Origin: Desulfovibrionales bacterium
GTDB taxonomy: Bacteria; Desulfobacterota; Desulfovibrionia; Desulfovibrionales; Desulfovibrionaceae
DNA length: 64,000 nt
Reading direction: 5' to 3'
NCBI GenBank assembly: GCA_038248065.1
Contig: JBBRUD010000001.1
Location: forward strand, 22,594-86,593
The number at the start of each line of letters is the position of its first letter. Position 1 is the stretch's first letter. The position numbers and the translations under genes were made by a program. Below the pieces are notes generated by a model. It did not search any database. It was not told where the DNA came from and worked only from the letters and a program-made list of their open reading frames with translations. Positions 53,729 through 62,441 of this stretch are shown one piece after another.

Positions 53729-54418
53729 ATGCCACAGCGCCATCGTGAGGAAGCTTCAGCCTTCAGCCAGGCCCTGCCCGTCATTCTGGGCTATCTGCCC
53801 GTGGGGTTTGCCTACGGGGTGCTGGCCGTCAAAGCCGGGCTGTGTCTGGCCAACACCGGGCTGATGTCCCTGCTTGTGTATGCCGGGTCGGCCCAGCTCA
53901 TCGGCGTGGAGATGCTTGGAGCGGGCGCGTCTCCGGCAGCGGTAATCATCACCACCCTGGTGGTCAATCTGCGCCACGTGCTCTTTTCAGCGGCCCTGTC
54001 GCCCTACCTGCGGGGATGGCCCAAGAGCCGGGTAGCCCTGATGGCCTTTGAGCTCACCGACGAAACCTTCGCCGTGCACGCCACCAGATTCCATAATAAC
54101 CGGCTAAGCCAGTCGAAAACGCTGGCCATCAATGCGCTTATTCACAGCGCCTGGGTGGTCGGGGGGCTGGCCGGAGCGGTGGCTGGCGGCTATGTGCCCG
54201 ACGTGCGTCCGCTGGGGCTCGATTTCGCCCTTCCGGCCATGTTCGCCGTGCTGTTGGTGGGGCAACTGGCCTCCACGGCCCACAAAGTGGCCGCCGTCGT
54301 GGGCGCGGCCCTGGCCCTGGTGTTGGCGCAGACCCCGGCTGCGCCCTACGCCGTTATCGTCGCCACCGTAGCCGCCGCCACCATCGCCCTGCCCTGGACG
54401 GACAAACCTTCATCCTGA
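53729..54418 (+). CDS. azlC: AzlC-family branched-chain amino acid transport protein
   Basis: ALPVILGYLPVGFAYGVLAVKAGL.., SLLVYAGSAQ. Start trimmed to the ATG at 53729. Confidence 0.85.
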   Translation: MPQRHREEASAFSQALPVILGYLPVGFAYGVLAVKAGLCLANTGLMSLLVYAGSAQLIGVEMLGAGASPAAVIITTLVVNLRHVLFSAALSPYLRGWPKSRVALMAFELTDETFAVHATRFHNNRLSQSKTLAINALIHSAWVVGGLAGAVAGGYVPDVRPLGLDFALPAMFAVLLVGQLASTAHKVAAVVGAALALVLAQTPAAPYAVIVATVAAATIALPWTDKPSS

Positions 54419-54475
54419 ACTTTCGCCATGCCTTGGACGAGTATACTTTCATCCTGAACCTTTAACGAGGCAACC

Positions 54476-54799
54476 ATGGACCAGCAGACCCTCTTTCTGA
54501 CCATCCTTGGCATGGCCGGGGTAACGTCCCTGCCCCGAATGCTGCCTGCCGTGCTGTTTGCCTCTCGGCCTTTGCCGGTGTGGCTTAGGCGTTGGCTTTC
54601 GGTGGTGCCTCCGGCTGTGCTGGCCGCGCTTCTGGCCCAGTCCGTGCTGCTGCGCCAGGGGGCCTTGGACGCCCGGCCGGAGAATCCCTTCCTGTGGGGG
54701 GCGCTGCTCACCGCCGTGCTTACCTGGCGCACCAGGGGGTTTTTCGGCCCGGTGTTGGCCGGGATGGCCCTGGTGGCCCTGTGGCGCTGGCTGTTGTGA
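54476..54799 (+). CDS. azlD: AzlD-family membrane protein
   Basis: 107 aa, hydrophobic, directly downstream of azlC (LTILGMAGVTSLPRMLP). Confidence 0.8.
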   Translation: MDQQTLFLTILGMAGVTSLPRMLPAVLFASRPLPVWLRRWLSVVPPAVLAALLAQSVLLRQGALDARPENPFLWGALLTAVLTWRTRGFFGPVLAGMALVALWRWLL

Positions 54800-54857
54800 T
54801 ATTGCCAACCACGCCACTGGCGGCTATGAGAGATAAAATCCGGTAAGGAGGTCACCC

Positions 54858-55055
54858 ATGAGCATGGACGAATTTTCCGAGACGGTCATGATCGCCGGAG
54901 AAGAATGCCTGTACAATCCCGTGGCCAAGCTGGCCCTTATCCAGTGCGAGAACTGCGGGCACATGAACCAGGTGGAAGTGGAGATGGAAAACGGCCAACC
55001 TGTCTTCATGGGCTTTTCCTGTGATAACTGTGGCTATTGGAATGGAGCGCAGTAG
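54858..55055 (+). CDS. Small zinc-ribbon-like protein (65 aa)
   Basis: Two CxxC pairs (CENC ..(22 aa).. CDNC). GGAGG RBS upstream. Confidence 0.5.
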   Translation: MSMDEFSETVMIAGEECLYNPVAKLALIQCENCGHMNQVEVEMENGQPVFMGFSCDNCGYWNGAQ

Positions 55056-55599
55056 CGCCGGGCGGTGGTGCCTCCTCACGGTTTTGGGGATGCTGCTGGC
55101 CGGGCTGCCCGGTTGCGGGCCGGACCCTGTCACCCGGCTCCAGCGGGTGCAGCCGGGTTTTGCCCAGGGACGCTCCCTGGACGCGGTCATGGCGGGATAC
55201 CGCTGTTTCAGCCGGGTGAGCTGGTCCTCCCGTGGTGATCCGGCTGCGCTTCCTTCGGCCCGGGTCACGGGTATTTTTAAACTGGACTGCCTGGTGGGAG
55301 CCCAGAGCGGCGACAGGCTGTTCACCGCGCGTGAGAAGAAGGCCCTGGACAAGGCCGGGGCCAACCTGTGCTACGTGCTGGAATACGTTTTTCCTCAGGA
55401 CCAGCCGGATGGGGTGCCGACGCTTCAGAGCATGATGATCGTCACCATGGATTGGAACCAGACGGCCATCCTGCAAGACGACGCCCTGAGCCGGGAGATC
55501 GCGGAAAACCGTCTGGGGGAGCATACCGTCAAGGCCGCCCTGGACGCGGCTGATTACGCCCGCCTGCGCTCTCAGTTGCCGCCGGGAGCGGCCCAGTAG
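55042..55599 (+). CDS. Putative lipoprotein
   Basis: Signal peptide with lipobox LAGLPGC. ATG overlaps the preceding ORF by 14 nt. Confidence 0.55.
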   Translation: MERSSAGRWCLLTVLGMLLAGLPGCGPDPVTRLQRVQPGFAQGRSLDAVMAGYRCFSRVSWSSRGDPAALPSARVTGIFKLDCLVGAQSGDRLFTAREKKALDKAGANLCYVLEYVFPQDQPDGVPTLQSMMIVTMDWNQTAILQDDALSREIAENRLGEHTVKAALDAADYARLRSQLPPGAAQ

Positions 55600-56540
55600 G
55601 GCACGGGAACTAGGATGTCGTCAGCGGTGCCCAGGCGTCCGTCCGGCCCGGCTGAGCGCACTGTGGGCGGGTTGGCCGCGCTCTCCACCACATAGGGGCC
55701 GCCCCAGGGGTCGAAGAATATTTCGCTTGGCGCGTTCCAGACGGCTGAAGGCGCGGGGATGGCCGCGTGGAAGATGGCTTGGCGCACGGTGGCCCAGGCT
55801 ATGCGGCAGGGGTGGTTGGGCAGGGTGGCCTGGACGTTCAGGACCGCGCAGTCGGCGGACATATCCGGGGCCAGGGCTGCCAGGGGTTTGTTTTGGACGC
55901 GGGTGGCCTGCCAGGCGGCCTGGCTCAGCAGGAGCAGCGCCTGGCGGGCTGTTTCCGCCTTAACCTTGTTCACCTGCGCCGTCAGGGTGGCCTGCCGCTG
56001 GTGCTGCCAGCCCCATATCCCGGCCAGGGCCACGGCTGCGCCAAGCAGCCAGGCTCCCAGGCGCAGGGCCAGGCGGCGGCTCTCCAGGCAACGCTTTGCG
56101 TCTGAGGCCGAACGCCACTGGGTGGCGGCCAGTCCGGTCAGTTGCCCTTCGAGGGTCTCCCTGTCGCGCAGGGCCGCTCGCCGGAAGGCCTGCAGGGCCT
56201 CCAGACCCGGCCCGGTCAGAGCCGCTGTGCATGCATTCCCGGCCCGGCGTGTGGTTTTCGGACATCCGGCCAGGGGCAACTCTTCCAAAAGTGCTGCCGG
56301 TGCGAGGCTTTCCAGCGGCGCGCCGTGTCCCGTCAGCCGGGCAAGCTCTTCCAGATCCGCCTGCACCCTGGCGCACAGGGCCTCTGCAACCGTCGCGTGG
56401 CCGGTGGAAGAGGCTTGGGACGGTCCATCCTCCCCGTCATCTTCCAGCGCGTTGCGCAGGGCCGTGAGGGCCGCCTCCAAAGAGGCTTTGAGGCATTCGC
56501 CCCGGTATTGACGGAGATCTTTTTGCGCGTCAGTCACCAA
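55572..56540 (-). CDS. Single-pass membrane protein with a GspG-like (type II secretion pseudopilin C-terminal-like) periplasmic tail
   Basis: Central TM LALRLGAWLLGAAVALAGIWGW. C-terminal FFDPWGGPYVVES..GPDGRLGTADDILVP resembles the DPWG..Y....G.DG..G..DDI motif of GspG-family proteins. Confidence 0.55.
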   Translation of the reverse strand: MVTDAQKDLRQYRGECLKASLEAALTALRNALEDDGEDGPSQASSTGHATVAEALCARVQADLEELARLTGHGAPLESLAPAALLEELPLAGCPKTTRRAGNACTAALTGPGLEALQAFRRAALRDRETLEGQLTGLAATQWRSASDAKRCLESRRLALRLGAWLLGAAVALAGIWGWQHQRQATLTAQVNKVKAETARQALLLLSQAAWQATRVQNKPLAALAPDMSADCAVLNVQATLPNHPCRIAWATVRQAIFHAAIPAPSAVWNAPSEIFFDPWGGPYVVESAANPPTVRSAGPDGRLGTADDILVPVPYWAAPGGN

Positions 56541-58158
56541 GGGACTCCTTCACCTGGCGCAGGAAGGATTGCAGCGAAGTTTCGGAGACCGCTTTGCCCC
56601 CCACAGTGAGGGAGGCGAACAGGGCCACGGTGTTGCCTTTGGGCGTGGTGGCCTTGTGGAAATGGTGGGCGTGCACCTGGCTTTGGCCGAAGAGTTCCAG
56701 CACCCAATCCGGGCCTTCGCGTCGCCAGGCGGCCTTGAAGCTGCCCAGGCCCTCGGCGCGGCGCAGCAGGTAGCTTTCAAACTGGCCCAGATCGAAGGGC
56801 CGCCCGTTTTTGCCCGTCACTCCCAGGAATTCCCCCCGTTCCGACTGGACCACCACGGTAAGCCCCAGGAAATCTGCTCCTGGCCTCGCCGCGTTTCCGG
56901 TATGGGCGTCAGGCGCGGCTGCGTGCTGGGAAGAACCGGTGGAAAGCGTCCCTGCCGGAGCGGCTCCATGTGCGGCGGGCTGTGCGGCGGGCATGCCGTG
57001 GCGGCCAGCCTCAAGCGTGCCCGCGCCCTCCGAAATGGTTCGGCCCGAGGGTGTTCCGGCAGGAGCCGCACCCTCCGGCGCTGTCCCGGCGGTTGCGGCG
57101 GTGCGTGACGGGCTTGTACTGCCGTATGCGGGAGAGCCTGGAGTTTGCCGACTGGAGGAAGATGCAGGGTCGTGTGTGGTCGCGGCGCGGGAAGATTCCG
57201 TACTGTTGGTGGCGAGCCTGGCGGACAGGCCGGAACCGGGCTGGGGCGCGGCCCCGGACTTTCGGGCGGAGACTCCCGTCCCAGACGGTGCGGCCCAAGG
57301 TTCGCCCGGCCCAGCGGACATGCCAGCCCTGTGCTGGCCGCGCGCGCCTGTAAGGTCACGGTCGGTTGTGCCGGTCGAGGCGGAGCGCGTTTGGGTCTGG
57401 CTACCGGACTTTGCGGGTTCCCTGCGGGCTGCTGTCCCGAATGTGGCGGACACAGCGGTTTCGTCAGAATCCACTGCTGCGGCGAAGGACGACCCCGTGT
57501 CGCTTGAGGTCGCCCTGACGCCGGACACTCCGAGCCGGTGCTCGACCATGGCCGCGCCGGGCAGGGAAGCCGCAAGTTGCCCGGTGAGGGTGTCGAGCTT
57601 GGACACCAGCTCGGCCATGAGGGAGTGGGTGCGGTTTTGCAGGCTGAAGAGGTCGCCCATCAAGGCTTCGATACGGGCCAGTGGTTCGGGCTGGGCGGGC
57701 AGGCGATCCATGAATGGGGCGGCTGGATGCCCTGCGGCATCGCTGTGGCCAAATTCCGGTGTGTGCCCCACGCCGCCATGATCGTAGCCTTCCGGCCCGA
57801 AAGCAGTCCCCTGTTTCTTCTCGTGTGTTGTGCTGTAATACCGATCGAAGTCTGTACCGTGTCCCGGTGCGTAATCCGACCCGCCCGAAGGAGTGGAGAG
57901 CGTCTCACTGGCCGCCTGGGCCAGGGCGGGAAACTCTGTGGCCAGGCGCTTGCGGGTTTCAACAACGCTTAAACCCCGGTGGAAATGGTGGTGGATGCGC
58001 TTGCACACAGCCAGGGCTTCACCGGCCAGACGCAGGGGCTTGCCCTGGCTTTCAACAGGCAGAAAAGCAGGAAATTTTCGGCGGTAGCTCTTGATGGTGG
58101 TGACGGTGACCCCCACGGCCTTGGCCAGGTCGCGGTGGGTGTAGTTGGCCCCGGTCAT
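56530..58158 (-). CDS. MerR-like HTH protein with a long low-complexity linker and a conserved-looking C-terminal domain
   Basis: N-terminus YTHRDLAKAVGVTVTTIKSYRRKF (HTH). Roughly 300 aa rich in Ser/Thr/Ala/Gly/Pro. C-terminal roughly 110-aa ordered segment (FLGLTVVVQSERGEFLGVTGKNGRPFDL..). Confidence 0.6.
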   Translation of the reverse strand: MTGANYTHRDLAKAVGVTVTTIKSYRRKFPAFLPVESQGKPLRLAGEALAVCKRIHHHFHRGLSVVETRKRLATEFPALAQAASETLSTPSGGSDYAPGHGTDFDRYYSTTHEKKQGTAFGPEGYDHGGVGHTPEFGHSDAAGHPAAPFMDRLPAQPEPLARIEALMGDLFSLQNRTHSLMAELVSKLDTLTGQLAASLPGAAMVEHRLGVSGVRATSSDTGSSFAAAVDSDETAVSATFGTAARREPAKSGSQTQTRSASTGTTDRDLTGARGQHRAGMSAGPGEPWAAPSGTGVSARKSGAAPQPGSGLSARLATNSTESSRAATTHDPASSSSRQTPGSPAYGSTSPSRTAATAGTAPEGAAPAGTPSGRTISEGAGTLEAGRHGMPAAQPAAHGAAPAGTLSTGSSQHAAAPDAHTGNAARPGADFLGLTVVVQSERGEFLGVTGKNGRPFDLGQFESYLLRRAEGLGSFKAAWRREGPDWVLELFGQSQVHAHHFHKATTPKGNTVALFASLTVGGKAVSETSLQSFLRQVKESLGD

Positions 58159-58164
58159 GGCGGG

Positions 58165-58671
58165 TTACCGCTTGCCCTGGAGCAGCAGGGCCAGGGCCGT
58201 TGTCAGCTTGACCACCTCGCTGTTGGAGGTGCGCACCATGGCTGCCAGGCGCATGCCTACCGCTGTCAGGAGCTTGCAGCCAAGCTCCGGCTGGGCTGCG
58301 GCAAGAGCGAAGAAGTCGGGCCGGGTGGTGCGCAGGAAGATGCACGGCTCCAGGGTCTCCACCGTGGCCGAACGGGGGGCGTCGTCGATGAGGGCCATCT
58401 CGCCGAACACCGGATAGGCGTCGCCACTCAGGGTGGCCAATACCTTTCGGGGTTCGTGCCCCATGAGGTCCAACCCCTTGAGGAGCATGGATTTGACCAC
58501 GCGCACCCGACCGGAGGTGAGAACGTACAGGTCTTCTCCGTCGTCGCCTTCGTTGAGCACAGTGTTTCCGGCCTCGAAGCGTATCTGCTCGAAAATGGGG
58601 CGCACCAAGTCGAGTTCGGCGACAGAGAGGCCTTTGAAAAGGGCGATCTTTTCCCAATGTATGGTGTTCAT
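58165..58671 (-). CDS. Stand-alone cyclic-nucleotide-binding domain protein
   Basis: LFKGLSVAELDLV.., GDDGEDLYVLTSGRVRV, phosphate-binding cassette FGEMALIDDAPRSATV. Confidence 0.85.
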   Translation of the reverse strand: MNTIHWEKIALFKGLSVAELDLVRPIFEQIRFEAGNTVLNEGDDGEDLYVLTSGRVRVVKSMLLKGLDLMGHEPRKVLATLSGDAYPVFGEMALIDDAPRSATVETLEPCIFLRTTRPDFFALAAAQPELGCKLLTAVGMRLAAMVRTSNSEVVKLTTALALLLQGKR

Positions 58672-59810
58672 GGCCGCGCTGAGAGAAAGAGGATGCCGTC
58701 GAATTCCGCCAGATTCTCGCGGTTGCCGGGGTTGAGCACTACGCGGGCGCCTTGATTGCCCAGGCCGGTATGGCGTCCGGCGTTTTTGAAGAGTTCCAGG
58801 ATGTAGTTGTCCAGGGCCTGGGTGGTGTCGAGCACGTCGCTCAAGGACAGCGAGCTGGGCAGGCGGCAGGCGGCCAAGGGAACCTTGCCGTCTAGTGCCA
58901 CGACGTTGCGGACCAGATCGTTCCAGACCATGTTCTTTTCATCCGGGGTCATGGGGCGGTAGCTCAGCGAGCCCGGAGCGCCGCCGTCCAGCAGGGCCAG
59001 CAGGAACTCGTACATCACCGGGTGGGTGGCCACGAATCCCAGGGCTTTCACCACAAGTTCGTCGCGGCTCAGGCATTTGGTCACCCCGGCCCGCAGCAGG
59101 TGTTCCCGGTTGGGGGCCTGGAGAGCCTCGGCGTACAGGGGCAAGTTCGGGGCCAGGCCTCGCAGGGTGAGGGTGGCCAGCACATTGGCGTTGTCGGCTT
59201 CGGCAGGGGGGATGTCTTCGTCGGCAAGCAGGAAGGCTATAGACGCCCCCGACGGGTTGGCGCGCTCCAGCACGGTTTTGGAACTGGCCGCGCCGCGCAC
59301 GAAGAGCAGCCTATCGCCAAGGCCAGAAGCGTCGGCCACTTCCTCGAAGCGGGCCGGATCGAGGCCGGCCACCAGAATTATCTGGGCCTGGGCCAGGGAC
59401 GCCTGCTTGCGCAAGCCCTCAAGGAGGGTGAGACCGTGGGCGTTCCAGCCCAGGATAAGTATGTGTCCGCTGGTCATGACGGCGCGTTTTCCCCGCTGTT
59501 TTTCCAACCGGCGCTCCACGAGCCAGGAGGCCATGATGCCGGTGACGGCCGAAACCAGGCCGATGCCCGAGGCCATCACGCCGATGCCCAGTAACCGGCC
59601 CGGCCAGGTTTTGGGCACGAAATCGCCGTAGCCCACGGTGAACAGGGTAACTACGGCCCACCACAAGCCTTCGAAGAATCCGACATGCTCACCCTGGGTG
59701 GCCGCCTCAAAATAGGCGAAGCCCAGTGCGGCCAGGACCAGAATGGCCCCCACCCCGGTCAGGGCCGGGATGAGGGGGTTCTCAGTCCAGAGCGTCCAGA
59801 TTTTTTTCAT
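58668..59810 (-). CDS. 2-TM potassium channel with a cytoplasmic RCK/TrkA-N-like domain
   Basis: Selectivity filter TVGYGD (LFTVGYGDFVP) between two TM helices. Rossmann-like GHILILGWN downstream. Confidence 0.88.
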   Translation of the reverse strand: MKKIWTLWTENPLIPALTGVGAILVLAALGFAYFEAATQGEHVGFFEGLWWAVVTLFTVGYGDFVPKTWPGRLLGIGVMASGIGLVSAVTGIMASWLVERRLEKQRGKRAVMTSGHILILGWNAHGLTLLEGLRKQASLAQAQIILVAGLDPARFEEVADASGLGDRLLFVRGAASSKTVLERANPSGASIAFLLADEDIPPAEADNANVLATLTLRGLAPNLPLYAEALQAPNREHLLRAGVTKCLSRDELVVKALGFVATHPVMYEFLLALLDGGAPGSLSYRPMTPDEKNMVWNDLVRNVVALDGKVPLAACRLPSSLSLSDVLDTTQALDNYILELFKNAGRHTGLGNQGARVVLNPGNRENLAEFDGILFLSARP

Positions 59811-61611
59811 AGTCCAGGTCGCCCTGGCGCTTCAGGAGTTCCTCGAAGCGGATGTCCGCGCCCAGGACGCCGGTGATTTCGTCGCGATCGTTGCTCACGG
59901 GCACCGACACCGTGAGGCAGAGCTTGCCGGTGAAGGTGGACTTGTAGAAATCAGTAATGTGCAACCGGCCGTCGCTCATGGGATGCAGGAACCATTCGCG
60001 GTCGGAGAGGTCTCGGCCTTCGGTCATGGAGGCGAACTTGGGGCGGTCTTCCAGGTTGGCCACGTGGCTGGTGATCAGCTTGCCCTTGGTGTCGGTGAGG
60101 TAGAGCCACTGGATGAAGGGGTATTCGCCCAGGAACTGGGCCATGCACTCTTCGGCGTCTTCGCTGCCCAGATCGCGGATGCAGGTTTCTCCCGCCAGTT
60201 TGCAGATAAGCTGCGAGGCCAGGGAATGAGCCACCTTCTTGAGGTGGTCGAATTCCGAGGCGAACAGCTCCGGCATGTAGCGCTTCACCAGCACCTTCAT
60301 CTCGTCGTTGGAGAAGGAGGTGTTGCGGCCCGATTCGTAGTCTTCCATGATGCGGTTGTAGATCTTGTCCACGGCTGGGTGGCGTTTGTCCACCTGGTGC
60401 TCGCCGACCAGCTTAAGGGAAGTGTTGATCCAGTAGCTCACCCCGGCCTTGCCGGATTTGTCGGTGATGATGATGGGCACGGGCCGATCGAGAATCTTGC
60501 GGGTGTCGAAGATGTTGTAGATCTCTTCGTTCTTGGCCAGGCCGTCCACATGGATGCCTGCGCTGGTGGCGTTGAAGTCGCGGCCTGCGAAGGGATAGTT
60601 GGCCGGGATGGGGTAACCCAGTTCCTCTTCGAAGTAGCTGGCGATTTCGGAAATCACACGGGTGTTGGCCGCGTCGTCCTCGCCGGTGAAGGAGATATAC
60701 TCGATGACCATGGCTTCCAGCGGCGCGTTGCCCGTGCGCTCGCCAAAGCCCATGAGGGTGCAGTTGGCCCCGGAGCAGCCCGAAAGCCAGGCCGTGGAGG
60801 CGTTGACCAGCACCTTGTGGAAGTCGTTGTGGCCGTGCCACTCCAGCCATTCGCCGGGCACCATGGCCTCGTCGGTGAAGGCGCGCACCACGCGGGCTAC
60901 GCTGCGGGGCAGGGCCGCGCCGGGAAAGGGCACGCCGTAGCCCATGGTGTCGCACAGCCGGATCTTCACCGGCATGCCCGCCTCTTTGGAAAGCTCCATG
61001 AGCTTCTGGGCAAAAGGCAGGCAGAAACCGTAGATGTCGGCACGGGTCACGTCTTCAAAGTGGCAACGGGGGATGATGCCCCAGTCGAGTGCCTGGGCCA
61101 CCACGTCAAGGTAGTCGGCCATGGCGGTTTTGCGGTCTTTTCCCAGCTTCATGTAGATGTGGTAGTCGGAAACCGAGGTGAGCATGCCGGTTTCTTTGAG
61201 ACCCATGGACTTGACCAGCTTCAGGTCGGTCTTGTTGGCCCGAATCCAGCCGGTGATCTCAGGAAAGCGGTAATCAAGGGCCTTGCAGGCTTCCACGGCC
61301 CGGCGGTCCTTGTCGGAATACAGGAAGAACTCGCTGGCCCGGATGAGCCCGGAGTGGCCGCCCAGTTTGTGGAGCAGCGAGAAGATGTGGGCGATCTGCT
61401 TGACGGTGTAGGGCGGGCGGGCCTGCTGGCCGTCCCGGAAGGTGGTGTCGGTGATGAACATGGTCTTGGCCGGGCGGGGCATGACGATGGTGTCGTCAAA
61501 ACCCACGCGGCTGATCTTGCTATAGGGAAAAATTTCGCGGTAGAGTTCGGGTTTGGACCGGTTCTCCAGGCGCAAACGGGGCGTGGTGCGGTTGAGATGC
61601 ATAAGGCTCAT
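59782..61611 (-). CDS. Homocitrate/isopropylmalate-synthase-family enzyme (Re-citrate-synthase-like) fused to a C-terminal Cache/PDC-like domain
   Basis: DRE-TIM core (ITDTTFRDGQQ, HGHNDFH, MGFGERTGNAPLE). C-terminal ..DLSDREWFLHPMSDGRLHITDFYKSTFTGKLCLTVSVPV..GVLGADIRFEEL is a Cache-type signature. AAGGAGG RBS before the ATG at 61611. Confidence 0.78.
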   Translation of the reverse strand: MSLMHLNRTTPRLRLENRSKPELYREIFPYSKISRVGFDDTIVMPRPAKTMFITDTTFRDGQQARPPYTVKQIAHIFSLLHKLGGHSGLIRASEFFLYSDKDRRAVEACKALDYRFPEITGWIRANKTDLKLVKSMGLKETGMLTSVSDYHIYMKLGKDRKTAMADYLDVVAQALDWGIIPRCHFEDVTRADIYGFCLPFAQKLMELSKEAGMPVKIRLCDTMGYGVPFPGAALPRSVARVVRAFTDEAMVPGEWLEWHGHNDFHKVLVNASTAWLSGCSGANCTLMGFGERTGNAPLEAMVIEYISFTGEDDAANTRVISEIASYFEEELGYPIPANYPFAGRDFNATSAGIHVDGLAKNEEIYNIFDTRKILDRPVPIIITDKSGKAGVSYWINTSLKLVGEHQVDKRHPAVDKIYNRIMEDYESGRNTSFSNDEMKVLVKRYMPELFASEFDHLKKVAHSLASQLICKLAGETCIRDLGSEDAEECMAQFLGEYPFIQWLYLTDTKGKLITSHVANLEDRPKFASMTEGRDLSDREWFLHPMSDGRLHITDFYKSTFTGKLCLTVSVPVSNDRDEITGVLGADIRFEELLKRQGDLDYEKNLDALD

Positions 61612-61664
61612 GGCCGGTTCGTCCTCCTTGGGGAATCGTCGGTGCGGCGGGCGGGGATGCGGCG

Positions 61665-62435
61665 TCAGGCTTTGATTCGTTCCCGCCACGTATCAACGAT
61701 TTGTTTTTCCCGCAACACGCGGGGGTTGGCGGGGTTGATACGGTAGGCCCGTTCCGCCGCCACGGCCGCGTGGTCCATCCAGCCCCCCTGCCGCAGGCTC
61801 TGGGAGGCCATGACAAAGAGCATCTCCGGGGCGTCCCCGAAGATGGAGGCCAGGAGAGTTTCAAACTGGGTGGCGAAAATTTTGCACACCAGCGCATGCT
61901 GCTCGAACAGCAGCCGGGCCAGCAAGGTGTTCTCGCCCTGGTTGCCCAGGTAGACGATGAGCAACCGCTTGCATTGGGCGAAGAAAAACCGCACCCGCGC
62001 CACCTCGCGCCGGATGGATTCGTTGGTCTGGAGCACCACCTGGAACAGCTCGCGGGAGACGATGTGCTCCTCCGGCGGCAGTTCCTTGTCCAGGAGCTCG
62101 CGGAACCACGGTCCGTAGGTCTGCTGCTGGTAGGCGTCTTCCTTGAGCTTTACGGTCTCGTGGAAGATGTAGCCGATGCACCAGTCCAGAAACTGCCCCG
62201 AGAGCCCCTCGTGGCCGTCGTTGCGGAACAGGTGGTGGGCGGTGTCTTTCAAACGCCACAGCGGCCCTTTGTTCATCTCTTCGCCCACCAGATCGCGCAG
62301 CACCTCGAAGGACACCTGTGCGGTCTGGTCGAACACGGTGAACTGGCTCTCCAGGATGTCGGCGGCCAGACAGAAGTCGCGCAGCATGTCGCGGGCGAAC
62401 ACGGGCAGTTTTTCAATGATCCAGGCTTTGGACAT
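61665..62435 (-). CDS. Hypothetical helical protein (256 aa)
   Basis: Long ORF with coding-like composition between the Lon-like protease and the synthase gene. No motif recognised. Confidence 0.6.
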   Translation of the reverse strand: MSKAWIIEKLPVFARDMLRDFCLAADILESQFTVFDQTAQVSFEVLRDLVGEEMNKGPLWRLKDTAHHLFRNDGHEGLSGQFLDWCIGYIFHETVKLKEDAYQQQTYGPWFRELLDKELPPEEHIVSRELFQVVLQTNESIRREVARVRFFFAQCKRLLIVYLGNQGENTLLARLLFEQHALVCKIFATQFETLLASIFGDAPEMLFVMASQSLRQGGWMDHAAVAAERAYRINPANPRVLREKQIVDTWRERIKA

Positions 62436-62441
62436 GGCGGT

